DNA from: a virus
Lineage: Duplodnaviria > Caudoviricetes
Strand: one strand, 5' to 3'
Length of the DNA: 61,265 nt
Virus record (IMG/VR): IMGVR_UViG_3300032164_003159
Span: 1-61,265 of that record
Below the pieces are notes generated by a model. It saw only the letters and a program-made list of their open reading frames with translations, ran no database searches and was not told the origin of the DNA. Below are positions 8,967 through 17,800 of this stretch, in pieces (the stretch's first letter is position 1; each line of letters starts with the position of its first letter). Position numbers and translations under genes: made by a program.

Positions 8967-9010
8967 GGCGATCTCCTTCTGTTGTATTATAAGCACTCTT
9001 GTTGTAAATG

Positions 9011-9580
9011 TTAAGCCCTGGTGTGATTCTCGTTGCATTCCGGGCAGGAAGAGCCGATTACGTCCTTTACACACAACACTTGATGCGGCGTTGTCAATAT
9101 CCTTCTGGAGCACCGGAAGGTTCCAAAGCCGTTGACGCTAACCCGCAATGGGCGCACGGTTAACACTGTGAGCACTCGCCCGTCACTGAGCTTGAACATC
9201 TCACCGACCGTGACCTTGCGGTTGACCTGTGCGGCGTGTTTGCGCACTTCTCCCCGCCACTTCTCGTTTGTGTTGCCCGTGCCGTCCTCTTGAACCATAT
9301 CCAGGAACTTGATCGGGCAAGAGTAGTGACACGGCCCCATGGATTCTTCCATATCCTTGTAGCCCCATCCGAACGCTCCATTACTCCCCAGGATGTCACA
9401 CTCGATGAACCGCCCGACTTGATCCGTATCCTTGCGCGTCACTTCCCAAACGATCCACAAGATGTTACCCCGAACACACTTGGCCAAAGAGATCCCCTTG
9501 GCCACTTGGGTATGCCACTCCTTGCAACGATCTTGGATTAGGCTCTTCTTTGTCTCGCCGTGTGTAAACGTCCAGCCCAT
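9011..9580 (-). CDS. DUF6927-like protein
   Basis: MGW start; WGYKDMEESMGP..Y.CP...LD...WR motif. Confidence 0.6.
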   Translation of the reverse strand: MGWTFTHGETKKSLIQDRCKEWHTQVAKGISLAKCVRGNILWIVWEVTRKDTDQVGRFIECDILGSNGAFGWGYKDMEESMGPCHYSCPIKFLDMVQEDGTGNTNEKWRGEVRKHAAQVNRKVTVGEMFKLSDGRVLTVLTVRPLRVSVNGFGTFRCSRRILTTPHQVLCVKDVIGSSCPECNENHTRA

Positions 9581-9637
9581 GGTTCACCTCCCGGTTATCT
9601 ACACAACTATTATAGGACCGATCCTTGGCTTGTCAAA

Positions 9638-9708
9638 TGGGCCTGCTGTGAATCGAACACAGTCCTAACCGTTATGAGCGGCTGGCTCTACCTTTGAGCT
9701 ACAGGCCC
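9638..9708 (-). tRNA. tRNA with CAT anticodon (Ile2-like or Met)
   Basis: GGGCCTG TA GCTC AAAGGTA GAGC C AGCCG CTCATAA CGGTT AGGA CTGTG TTCGATT CACAG CAGGCCC A: full cloverleaf, no encoded CCA; acceptor stem resembles tRNA-Ile. Confidence 0.9.
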
Positions 9709-9713
9709 GATCT

Positions 9714-9944
9714 TTACTTGCCCTTGTCCCAATCCGGCCCGCTCATTACCTCGAACAGGTTGGTATCCACGTACACCCCGACGAAGGCGTTGCCCTTGTC
9801 GGTGCCCGCCTGCTGGCGCTCGTGTAGATCGCCTGCGGTGTCCTGCGCCTCTTCGATCATATCCTGCGGATCTTCAAGCGTCCAGCCGCGCTTCTTAAGG
9901 GCCGCTGCTTCCTTCTTTGTCACCAGTCCGAATAGATATGCCAT
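9714..9944 (-). CDS. Hypothetical protein
   Basis: Cassette promoter and leader. Confidence 0.7.
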   Translation of the reverse strand: MAYLFGLVTKKEAAALKKRGWTLEDPQDMIEEAQDTAGDLHERQQAGTDKGNAFVGVYVDTNLFEVMSGPDWDKGK

Positions 9945-9996
9945 GGTTTGCCTCCCGGTTATCTACACAACTATTATAGGCACGATCCGAAGCTTG

Positions 9997-10203
9997 TCAA
10001 TCTTCCGGCCACAGCACGAGGGCCGCTTGTTCCTTGGCAACGGAGCGCCGGAAACTTCCCAGCGTGCGCCGATTGATCTCGACCATGCACTCCGCGATGC
10101 CAGTCAATGGATTGAAGGCATTCCCTTCCGCGTCGATGGACAAAACCACTTCCAGATCCTGATCGAACTTCTTTAACACCTTAATCAAGTCTTTCACTTT
10201 CAT
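9997..10203 (-). CDS. Small phage protein (MKVKDLI..L...D.D.EV type)
   Basis: Cassette leader; common phage small-protein N-terminus. Confidence 0.7.
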   Translation of the reverse strand: MKVKDLIKVLKKFDQDLEVVLSIDAEGNAFNPLTGIAECMVEINRRTLGSFRRSVAKEQAALVLWPED

Positions 10204-10333
10204 GATTGCCTCCCAGTTAGATATATTATAGTTATAATCTATAGTTTGTCAAGTACAACTAATATCTTGACATTAGCTAAACGATGCTTAAATTACTATG
10301 TAAGGGGACTGCTTCCTTATCTATCCTCTTGGC

Positions 10334-10366
10334 AAAGAAAAACCCCCGGCCGAGGGCACCGGGGGT
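10334..10366 (-). terminator. Intrinsic terminator preceded by an anti-leader sequence
   Basis: ACCCCCGG-TGCCCTCGG-CCGGGGGT-TTTTCTTT, preceded by CATTGCCTCCCGG. Confidence 0.8.
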
Positions 10367-10379
10367 CCGGGAGGCAATG

Positions 10380-10832
10380 TTACGCCGCCGGGGTGGCGGT
10401 CTGCTCCGCCGGCTCGTCCTTCTTCTGCCGGGGGCCGTACTCCTCGCGCACACGCTTGAGGGTGGAAGAGAAGAAGCCCGCCTTGTCCACCTCGAACGTC
10501 ACGCTGAAGGCCACGGGGAACTCGCAGGCAGTCAACATCTCCTTGACGTCGCCGGTCTTGTTGAACAGCGCACCGACCGCCTTCTCCCACGCTTCCTTGC
10601 CCTTGTTGATGCGAGGCGTCTCGGAGCGGGGTATGACCACACGCTTCCCATATAGATATCCTGCCAGGTTGATCAACCCGGCCTCGATTGCCATGGCCTT
10701 GCGCTGCTCTTCCGGGATCTTGGCCAGCAACGCCTTCATCTGGGCCACGGGATCGTTCAGCACCTGCTCCACCGGATCGTTCTTCTTCGAATTGTCCTGC
10801 ACGTGGATCTTCTTGTTTTCCTTGTGGCGCAT
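10380..10832 (-). CDS. Hypothetical protein, GC3-biased; contains a 42-bp shared segment
   Basis: Variant leader AAACGGGAGG; N-terminus KKIHVQDN resembles KRIHVIDN of 23340-23720. Confidence 0.8.
   Translation of the reverse strand: MRHKENKKIHVQDNSKKNDPVEQVLNDPVAQMKALLAKIPEEQRKAMAIEAGLINLAGYLYGKRVVIPRSETPRINKGKEAWEKAVGALFNKTGDVKEMLTACEFPVAFSVTFEVDKAGFFSSTLKRVREEYGPRQKKDEPAEQTATPAA
10630..10671. repeat. 42-bp exact repeat, copy 1 (copy 2 at 14322-14363)
   Basis: ggtatgaccacacgcttcccatatagatatcctgccaggttg; both ORFs read NLAGYLYGKRVVIP here. Confidence 0.95.
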
Positions 10833-10911
10833 ATCAACCTCCCGTTTGGTTGGGCTTGATTGCCCATGTTCCTATTATAAGCACCGATACGATCTTGTCA
10901 ACCGAATCTTT

Positions 10912-11268
10912 TTACTTTCCCACTTGCTCGTCCCACTTGCCTGCGATCTTGACCGCCCATTCGTTCCGGGCATCGAAATCGTGCTTGCGGTATTCCCGGA
11001 AGAAATTCCACAGCATGTTGAAAAGTTCGCCTTGCAGGTAACGATGTTGAAAGTTCATGGCATCGGCTAGCGCCGTCCCGATCTCCTTGCCATCGCCGCC
11101 GTTCAGCGCATCGCACAGGCCTGCGACATGCTCCCTGGCGAACGATTCCAGACTCCCCTTTTGCACGGTTGCCTTGCACTCCGTACACACGTTCTGGACC
11201 TGGCCGCCGCCGGTCAGGTAGGCAGTTCCCAGACTTTCTTTTTCCTTGTGGCACCTGTAGCATTTCAT
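10912..11268 (-). CDS. Hypothetical protein with an N-terminal zinc finger
   Basis: Two CxxC motifs; cassette leader. Confidence 0.7.
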   Translation of the reverse strand: MKCYRCHKEKESLGTAYLTGGGQVQNVCTECKATVQKGSLESFAREHVAGLCDALNGGDGKEIGTALADAMNFQHRYLQGELFNMLWNFFREYRKHDFDARNEWAVKIAGKWDEQVGK

Positions 11269-11323
11269 TTTCGTTACCTCCCGGTTACGATCATTATATG
11301 TATCTATCGTTGCTTGTCAATCC

Positions 11324-11626
11324 TTAGCTGCGGTGTTTGAAGCAAAAGGAATAAGCATTCGAGAAGTCCACGGTGACCTCCGGCTTGCGCTGTACCATAT
11401 CGTCGATCTTGCTTGCGAACAGCACGGCAATCGGGTGATGGTTGATCCAATCGGTTCCCTTGCCCAACCGCCGGGCATCCTCGCACAGGATTGACATAAC
11501 CCGCGCGAAGGAATGGACCACGCCTGACAGGTTGCAAGCGTCCTGGATGATCAAAGCATCGCCGCAGAACTCTGACACACCGTCTGACACGTCGCCGTAT
11601 TCCTTTTCGGTCGCTTCAAGGTTCAT
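11324..11626 (-). CDS. Hypothetical protein (start MNLEAT)
   Basis: Leader before ATG at 11626. Confidence 0.7.
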   Translation of the reverse strand: MNLEATEKEYGDVSDGVSEFCGDALIIQDACNLSGVVHSFARVMSILCEDARRLGKGTDWINHHPIAVLFASKIDDMVQRKPEVTVDFSNAYSFCFKHRS

Positions 11627-11722
11627 GGTAGCCTCCCGGTTAGATATATTATAAGCATATAAATAAACTTGTAAAGAGTACATTATCTCTTGACAAAAAC
11701 CAGTTAGTGCTTAAATTACTAT
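11624..11722. repeat. About 99-bp back-to-back promoter repeat, copy 2
   Basis: Near-identical to 3925-4023. Confidence 0.9.
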
Positions 11723-11758
11723 GTAAGGGGAGCATGTGAAAATCAAAACTAAATAGAC

Positions 11759-11916
11759 TGGCATAGGCGAGGAGTCTCACCCGCTTGGGCTTTACCAGAA
11801 CTGGCCCATTTCTAATCCACGGTCAACCAAAGGCGCAGTGTTCTGGACCGTTCCTCCGTCGCACCGTGGGGCCGGGGCGCTGCGGTATCACCCGCTTGTA
11901 GTCCGGCTCTATGCCA
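11759..11916 (-). ncRNA. Candidate structured ncRNA (family member 2)
   Basis: Starts after TTGACA-N16-TATAAT with no RBS; TGGCATAG/CTATGCCA ends pair; CGGACTACA; CAAGCGGGTGA twice. Confidence 0.55.
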
Positions 11917-11953
11917 TTATTATTATAAGCACGATCTTTAGCTTGTCAATAGA

Positions 11954-12757
11954 TTAGTTCAACGGCTTGCCGGTTGCTCCACCGGGCAGATCGGAGTCCC
12001 TGTAGGCTTTCAGGTGGTTTTTCAACCAAACGTCAATCCGCGACGGCCCAAAGCAATGGTTACAGGTCCGGCATTGCCCGTGCTTAGCAGACACACGGCC
12101 ATGCGAATTGATAATCAGGTTCCACGTTTTCGGGCAGTAAACCATGTTCCCGGTCCGCTCCACCGGATGCAACCCCTTGGGATAGTCGGCCGGCGTGACA
12201 GAGCTTTCAAAGTACATGGTAGACCACCCATGGGCGATCAAGCGCGGGAACATGTGTGCGGTGTACGGATCAACCGATGCCTGGACGAAAGCATTCGGAA
12301 GGATCATAACGTGCCGCTCGATCAAGCGCACAAATTCAGCGTTCCAACCGTGAGACAACCCCGTGGTCCACCGACGGGTAGGAATCCAAAACTTAGTGGT
12401 AGGGTTTTCAAGCACCCAACCGGCCACCTTGTAAACATCCTCCGCCGTATGAAAGGGTTCCCCACGAGTACAGATCCGAACGCGGGCCAGCCCCTTGAAG
12501 GTTGCCGCCGTGATCCGATTCCAGCCTTGATCGTCAACCCCTCCCCGCGACCAGGCTTGACGGGTATACTTGTAAACTTGCGTTGACCGCTGGACGTAGC
12601 AATCGCGACAACCGGCCGTCCTGTGACAGGTCCAACCACCACGATCACAGGCCCAAAGACCGATGGATCCACACTGGCGCAATCCCAGGGCAACGCGGTT
12701 TTTCTTTGCCATCCCGCAAGAGCCGATAGCCGCCTCGCTAACGTGGTATGCCGTCAT
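11954..12757 (-). CDS. Phage Gp88-like Cys-rich (radical-SAM-like) protein
   Basis: C..TAGC..CY, VRI...GE, FWIPTR, ASVD, C-terminal CP...C..C..C pattern. Confidence 0.55.
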   Translation of the reverse strand: MTAYHVSEAAIGSCGMAKKNRVALGLRQCGSIGLWACDRGGWTCHRTAGCRDCYVQRSTQVYKYTRQAWSRGGVDDQGWNRITAATFKGLARVRICTRGEPFHTAEDVYKVAGWVLENPTTKFWIPTRRWTTGLSHGWNAEFVRLIERHVMILPNAFVQASVDPYTAHMFPRLIAHGWSTMYFESSVTPADYPKGLHPVERTGNMVYCPKTWNLIINSHGRVSAKHGQCRTCNHCFGPSRIDVWLKNHLKAYRDSDLPGGATGKPLN

Positions 12758-12796
12758 TTTAGCCTCCCGGTTACCAGATCATTATATGTATGATCT

Positions 12797-12832
12797 TTAG
12801 CTTGTCAATCGAAGTTTGAATCGTTCGGCCAT
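12797..12832 (-). CDS. 11-aa mini-ORF cassette (MAERFKLRLTS)
   Basis: TAGACA-N17-TATAAT promoter and GCGGGAGG RBS; the ORF runs into the next cassette's -35 box. Confidence 0.35.
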   Translation of the reverse strand: MAERFKLRLTS

Positions 12833-13524
12833 GGTATCCTCCCGCGTTATCCTTATTATAGCAATCTTATATCGGTTGTCTAGATATAAAGATAATATAA
12901 AAATCGACTTGACAAAACTAAACTAATGCTTAAATTACTATGTAAGGGGACTGATATACGAAAAACAGCCCACTATTCCAAAATGGTGAAAAATACCTTA
13001 TTTACAAATATAAGGATCGTGCGCAAGATAAACGGGCAAGGTCTGGCCAACGGTTGAAAAGGTTGCCGGGAGGCGACCGAAAGCGGGCCTAGTCTGCTCG
13101 AAGCACGAGCGGGCAAGGAGAACGTGTATATTGCTCCAGCACGCCGCCAATCGGTTACAGCCCCCGGTTAGCTATAATAGCGAGGTAGGGCGCTATTATA
13201 AGTATAAACTAATCAATTCCCGGCCAGGATCTGGTTTACAACGGGGGCTACCAGGGGTCCTTTTTACGGGTGGTTATGCCCGTAGTGCTATTCCTGTGGG
13301 GCTTATCTTAACGGTATCGGTAACCGGTGTAGATGTGTTATACGTCTCTCCGTACCCTTCTACGTATCCTGGGCTCCTCTATCCTGTTCCTTTACGTTTA
13401 TCCCCTTCCCTTGTGTCCTTCGATATAACGTGCGCATCCTTACTTATTTATATCCATTCCCCCGCTCAACATTATTTAGTTTTAGATATTTATCTTTATA
13501 TAATAAAGGGATATAAGTACCTCG

Positions 13525-13632
13525 CTGCCGCTTTAACGGCAGGGGATATATGGGTATCTTATAAAAGGATACCTTTTGGTTATTCCTTATACATGGTTGT
13601 ACGTTTCACCGCTCCTGCCGCTTTTACGGCAG
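13525..13632. repeat. 18-bp hairpin repeat CTGCCG-CTTT(A/T)A-CGGCAG (13525-13542, 13615-13632; third copy 14656-14673)
   Basis: Three copies read directly; two lie in AT-rich DNA lacking a minus-strand gene. Confidence 0.8.
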
Positions 13633-13726
13633 TTGATGGGGTGAAATGGCTAATTGTCTTGCGTTTGCTTCCGGATAGATACTTATGTTTATATATAGAT
13701 AATTTATATTGGGGCTATGTTATGGC

Positions 13727-14854
13727 TTATTGCGCTCCCGGTTCCTCAAAATCTTCTGGGGTGAGTTCTAGCTTTCTACTGGCCTTCGTTGGCTTCTTGT
13801 CTCGTTTGGTTGTTCTGTGTTGCTTGGCCTTTCTGACTCTACTGGTGAATTGGAGCACGTCCCTTACATACTTCTTCCAGTCCTTTGGTTCTACCCCAGT
13901 TCCGTCTCTCCATCCGCAATACCTACAGGGTTTAGTCCTGGTTACATCCTGCACTCCTGTTTTATGGCACGCTGGACAGGGATCTGCTTTTAGGGAGTCC
14001 TCTAGAATCTTTTGCGCCTGTTTGTGCTTGGTGATCTTCTTCGGCTGCATGTCGTTATATATTGCCATTGCTTCTTCCGGTGCTCTCGCATATGGTTTAA
14101 TCAGTGTTGGATCGAATTTCCCAGCTTTACTACTCCCCCAAACGCGCCGCAGGGTTTTTCTAACGAATTCATTCCAATTCCAAGGTAGTATTCCGATCCC
14201 AGCCTTATACCGGCACGCTGCGCAGGGATTGAACTTGGTCACTGTGCGGGTGTTCTCATATCCACACGCTGGGCAATTGAGCCGGTTTGCTTGATGTCTT
14301 GCCTTGGCTTCTTCGTATACCGGTATGACCACACGCTTCCCATATAGATATCCTGCCAGGTTGTCTTGATCCTGCACGAACCTCGCTACTGTTTTAGCCT
14401 GCTGGGTGTGCTTTCCAGGCTTTGCTTGCTTCCTGGGCTTCCTGGTGGCTTTTGGCGGCGGTCCCTTTGGCCATTCACTATCCTCCAAGATAGCCATTTT
14501 CTTTGGCTTCCCTCTAACTTGATCTACCGCTTCCAGGAATGGATTTGGCTGTCTTTCAGCGCCGCACAGGAAATCTGGTCCAAGCGGTTTTTCAGTATGC
14601 GCTACTTCTTTATCATAATCATATTTAGTTGTTTTTTTCGAAGCTTCATATGCAGCTGCCGCTTTAACGGCAGTTAGGACATTGGTTATTCCTATTAGGA
14701 CTGTTCTTATATCCGTTGCCTGGGCAAAGAACCACACGCTTCCCATATCCTTCACGTGCGGATCCCGGCTCATGGCCACCTTGTGAAGCTCAATCAGTAT
14801 CTTGCTCTGCAGCTTAGCCAGATCTTCCAGGTAATCTATCTGCGCGGTGTTCAT
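13727..14854 (-). CDS. Basic protein with duplicated CPAC..C..C zinc-ribbon domains
   Basis: CPACGY...PCAAC...NW..FVR and CPACHK...PCRYC...DW..YVR internal repeat. Confidence 0.75.
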   Translation of the reverse strand: MNTAQIDYLEDLAKLQSKILIELHKVAMSRDPHVKDMGSVWFFAQATDIRTVLIGITNVLTAVKAAAAYEASKKTTKYDYDKEVAHTEKPLGPDFLCGAERQPNPFLEAVDQVRGKPKKMAILEDSEWPKGPPPKATRKPRKQAKPGKHTQQAKTVARFVQDQDNLAGYLYGKRVVIPVYEEAKARHQANRLNCPACGYENTRTVTKFNPCAACRYKAGIGILPWNWNEFVRKTLRRVWGSSKAGKFDPTLIKPYARAPEEAMAIYNDMQPKKITKHKQAQKILEDSLKADPCPACHKTGVQDVTRTKPCRYCGWRDGTGVEPKDWKKYVRDVLQFTSRVRKAKQHRTTKRDKKPTKASRKLELTPEDFEEPGAQ

Positions 14855-17800
14855 TTGCGCTCCTTTGGCGGGTATGTTTCATAATGTTCTGGGTTCAGTG
14901 TAATCCCTGCCTTCATCCACTCCGGACACTTCTCCACAGACTTAGCAGAACGCTTCACAGATTCCCAGAAGGCGCGGCTTCTCTTGGTGGACTTGTTCCT
15001 TATTAGTTTCTTCTTGTCAAGTGCAAGGCATTTGGTACAACGGTAAACCTTGTGTGGATATGGATAGCGCCACTCCGGGTCTTCAAGCCGTACTAGTTTG
15101 ATATCGAATAGTTCACACCTATCTTCATGCTCAAACATTCCAGAAGGTTCATACTTCTCACCATCGTCAAAGCGTCTGCATGTCGTGTCGGTGGCGAATT
15201 CGTGACAATACGGGCCACGCGGGATCTCTACCTCAAGTGTCACGGTTACTTTTCGCATGCACATTCCTTTGTACTATCCCTATGCTTTCTCACCTTAGCA
15301 ACAGACTCGAACGGCTTTAGGCAGACGGGACACCTATAATCTAGTTTGCCGTTCAAGAATTGAATGTGTACGTCTGACGGAATATACCAAGTTCCGTACC
15401 ACGTTTTTATACTTATCTGGTTAACCATTTCTCACTCGGTGGTTTTTGCGTCTGTCCATTCTGCTTCGTATAAACTTAATCATAGGCTTTGGATTGTCGC
15501 ACACTGTCCACTTTGCGTAGTAGCGCTGACAACCACTATGGGACCTCGGTGTATAAAGTGCACAATCCATACAATCAAACCGAAGACACAGTGCACATGT
15601 ACCGGAGGAGATCATGAACACACCAGAGTCTTCCCCGATGCATCTGTTCGGAGGATCGCTACGCACACCGTGTTTACTCAAATTCTCTGGTAGCAATCCC
15701 TTCCACTTCTTTATGGAATGTCTGAGCGCACTTCGTTTGGTTGTGCATTTAATTGCTGGAACTGGATAGAATTCTTTCTTCCATGTTCTCAGGCTCATTC
15801 TTCCTCCTTGCTAAATATGATGCGCGCTTCTTTTATTAATCCAGTTACAGATCGTACGACCTCCACTATATATGATCCATCTCCGCCAAACCCGCCTATG
15901 CAGACTCCCATTCCCTCATGGCCTGTGTCGTGACGGAATCTAGTAATCCCACGATCCTGTTCCTCTTCTATTTTGGTGCACACCTTTCGCCAGTCAAGTA
16001 GCTTGTCCTTGACATAGCAAGGGTCACCAATCCAAATCATTCCTGAATCTACATCCACGTCGCCTACGGGTTCATAAGTTTTCATGGGTTCCTCCAAGAC
16101 CTCTCTACCACGTTATAGTAATCTTTCCATCCTTATCGATTGTTACTTCTATTGTTGGTTTTATCAATCCCGCTCCGAACTTGTTCAACGTGTCCTCCGT
16201 AGCTTTCCTTAAATTCTCCTTCATAAACTCGATATCTTCCGGTGTAAATTTCTTCTTCAGACCCGCCCGCCAATATTTGCGAATGCCCTCTTTAATTTCC
16301 TCTACATCATCTAAACCAGATTTGAACATGGGTGGCCCTTACCAGAAATATCCACGGTGCTCACATACATCGATATAACATTTGCGCGTACTGAATTCCG
16401 TTAGATCCTTTTGCCGATCATACTTGCCCGGCTTCTGCATTAGCTGACCTTCGTTTAGCTCAGAAATGTTCTCTACCACGATGCCAAACTCCTTGGTGTA
16501 CTTCTCGATGTTCTTTGTAGCGGCTTCAATGGTATGCTCTGTCTTGGTATCTACATATAGGCTACCATCCGGGAATGCATACGCGTGGGCGTGCGGATAC
16601 CCATTGAGCATGAACGCCGCTCTTACAATTTCCTCGGCACGCATAAGGATGAATGAGCCAAGCCCAAGGCGGTGGTCTGCGGCACGGGCGTATTCAGCTT
16701 TGATCTGGTCAATGTCCTCTGGGAATCTATAATCTCCCATTGTCCATGCGTACTTCTTGTTTTCTACCCGCAGGGAAAATTCGTAATATGAAAATGAAAC
16801 GCTATAGTAGTTCATTCTATCTCCAGTTCTTCCTCTATGCGCGCTTCAGTTATCTCTGGCGTAGCACCCGGCCTTGCATTTAGACCTTCGCGCAGCACGC
16901 ATTCGTGCATGGATCTTTGATCTAAACGCCCGCTGCCAGTCTTATTCATAAAGAGGGCTGGAATTATATTGGGCGGCACGCTACCGAAGATTTCTAAATC
17001 AGCAGCGGCCAGATACTCCTCCTTTGTTACTTCTTTCTCTTCCTGGCCAATATACTTTAGATAGTATTTCATGCGTTATCCTTATTTACTTTAACCCATA
17101 CCAGGCACGCTGGGCAATCGCACGCATCATCCGCGTCATCTGTATCTCTATATAAACATTCCTCCTGACAAGCTGTTTCTACTTTCCCTAGCTGCTCCTT
17201 CATCTTTTTGGCTTCAGCTACAAGTCGCTGTGTGACAGCAACCAGTGCTCCTGCCCAAAGTACATATTGCTTACTGTATAGGTTTGCTTTATACAACATT
17301 ACTTCTGTTTCCTTAATAACATCCGGCATGGTCATTGTTTCCTCCTAGTCTCCAATGGCAAACTCACGAAACAAACCATACTTCGGTTCACTATACAAGC
17401 GCATGGTAGAGTCAGTCTTATTCGCTTCCACTGCTGTTCCAAACAGCCGAGTACCGACACGATAGCATCTGAAATATACTTCTGGCAGAGACATTAGGAC
17501 GGATTCAGTATCAGTTTGTTCCCGGAATTGCTGCATGGATCCTACAATAAAAGAAATAAGGTTTGATGCCTGTTCCAGCAAATAAGCATTAAAGAGCTTA
17601 TCCACCTCCTCCAGTTCTTTATTTCTCCCATACATAAAACCCATCGCGTATAGTGTATCGAAAGAAGACCGGTAGACAACTTCTTTTCTAGATAGATCCA
17701 CCTTCTGATCGAAGTTGTATTCCATAAGGTGGTTTACGGCCCGCTCGAATGAACAATCGTCCATATCCGGCGGCTGATACTTCTTTAGTGCAGCGTACAA

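Noticed and set aside
10367-10655. Plus-strand gene starting at CCGGGAGGCAATG
   Set aside because: SD-ATG spacing is only 2 nt and the frame is the shadow of a GC3-rich gene; treated as an anti-leader instead, though not fully excluded.
10655-10667. TGGCAGGATAT resemblance to a T-DNA border or IncP nic site inside the 42-bp repeat
   Set aside because: Only 11 bp match and no relaxase or conjugation gene is in the window; probably chance.
456-12890. Integron cassette array
   Set aside because: No attC-like inverted-repeat sites and no integrase; the repeats are promoters and leaders.
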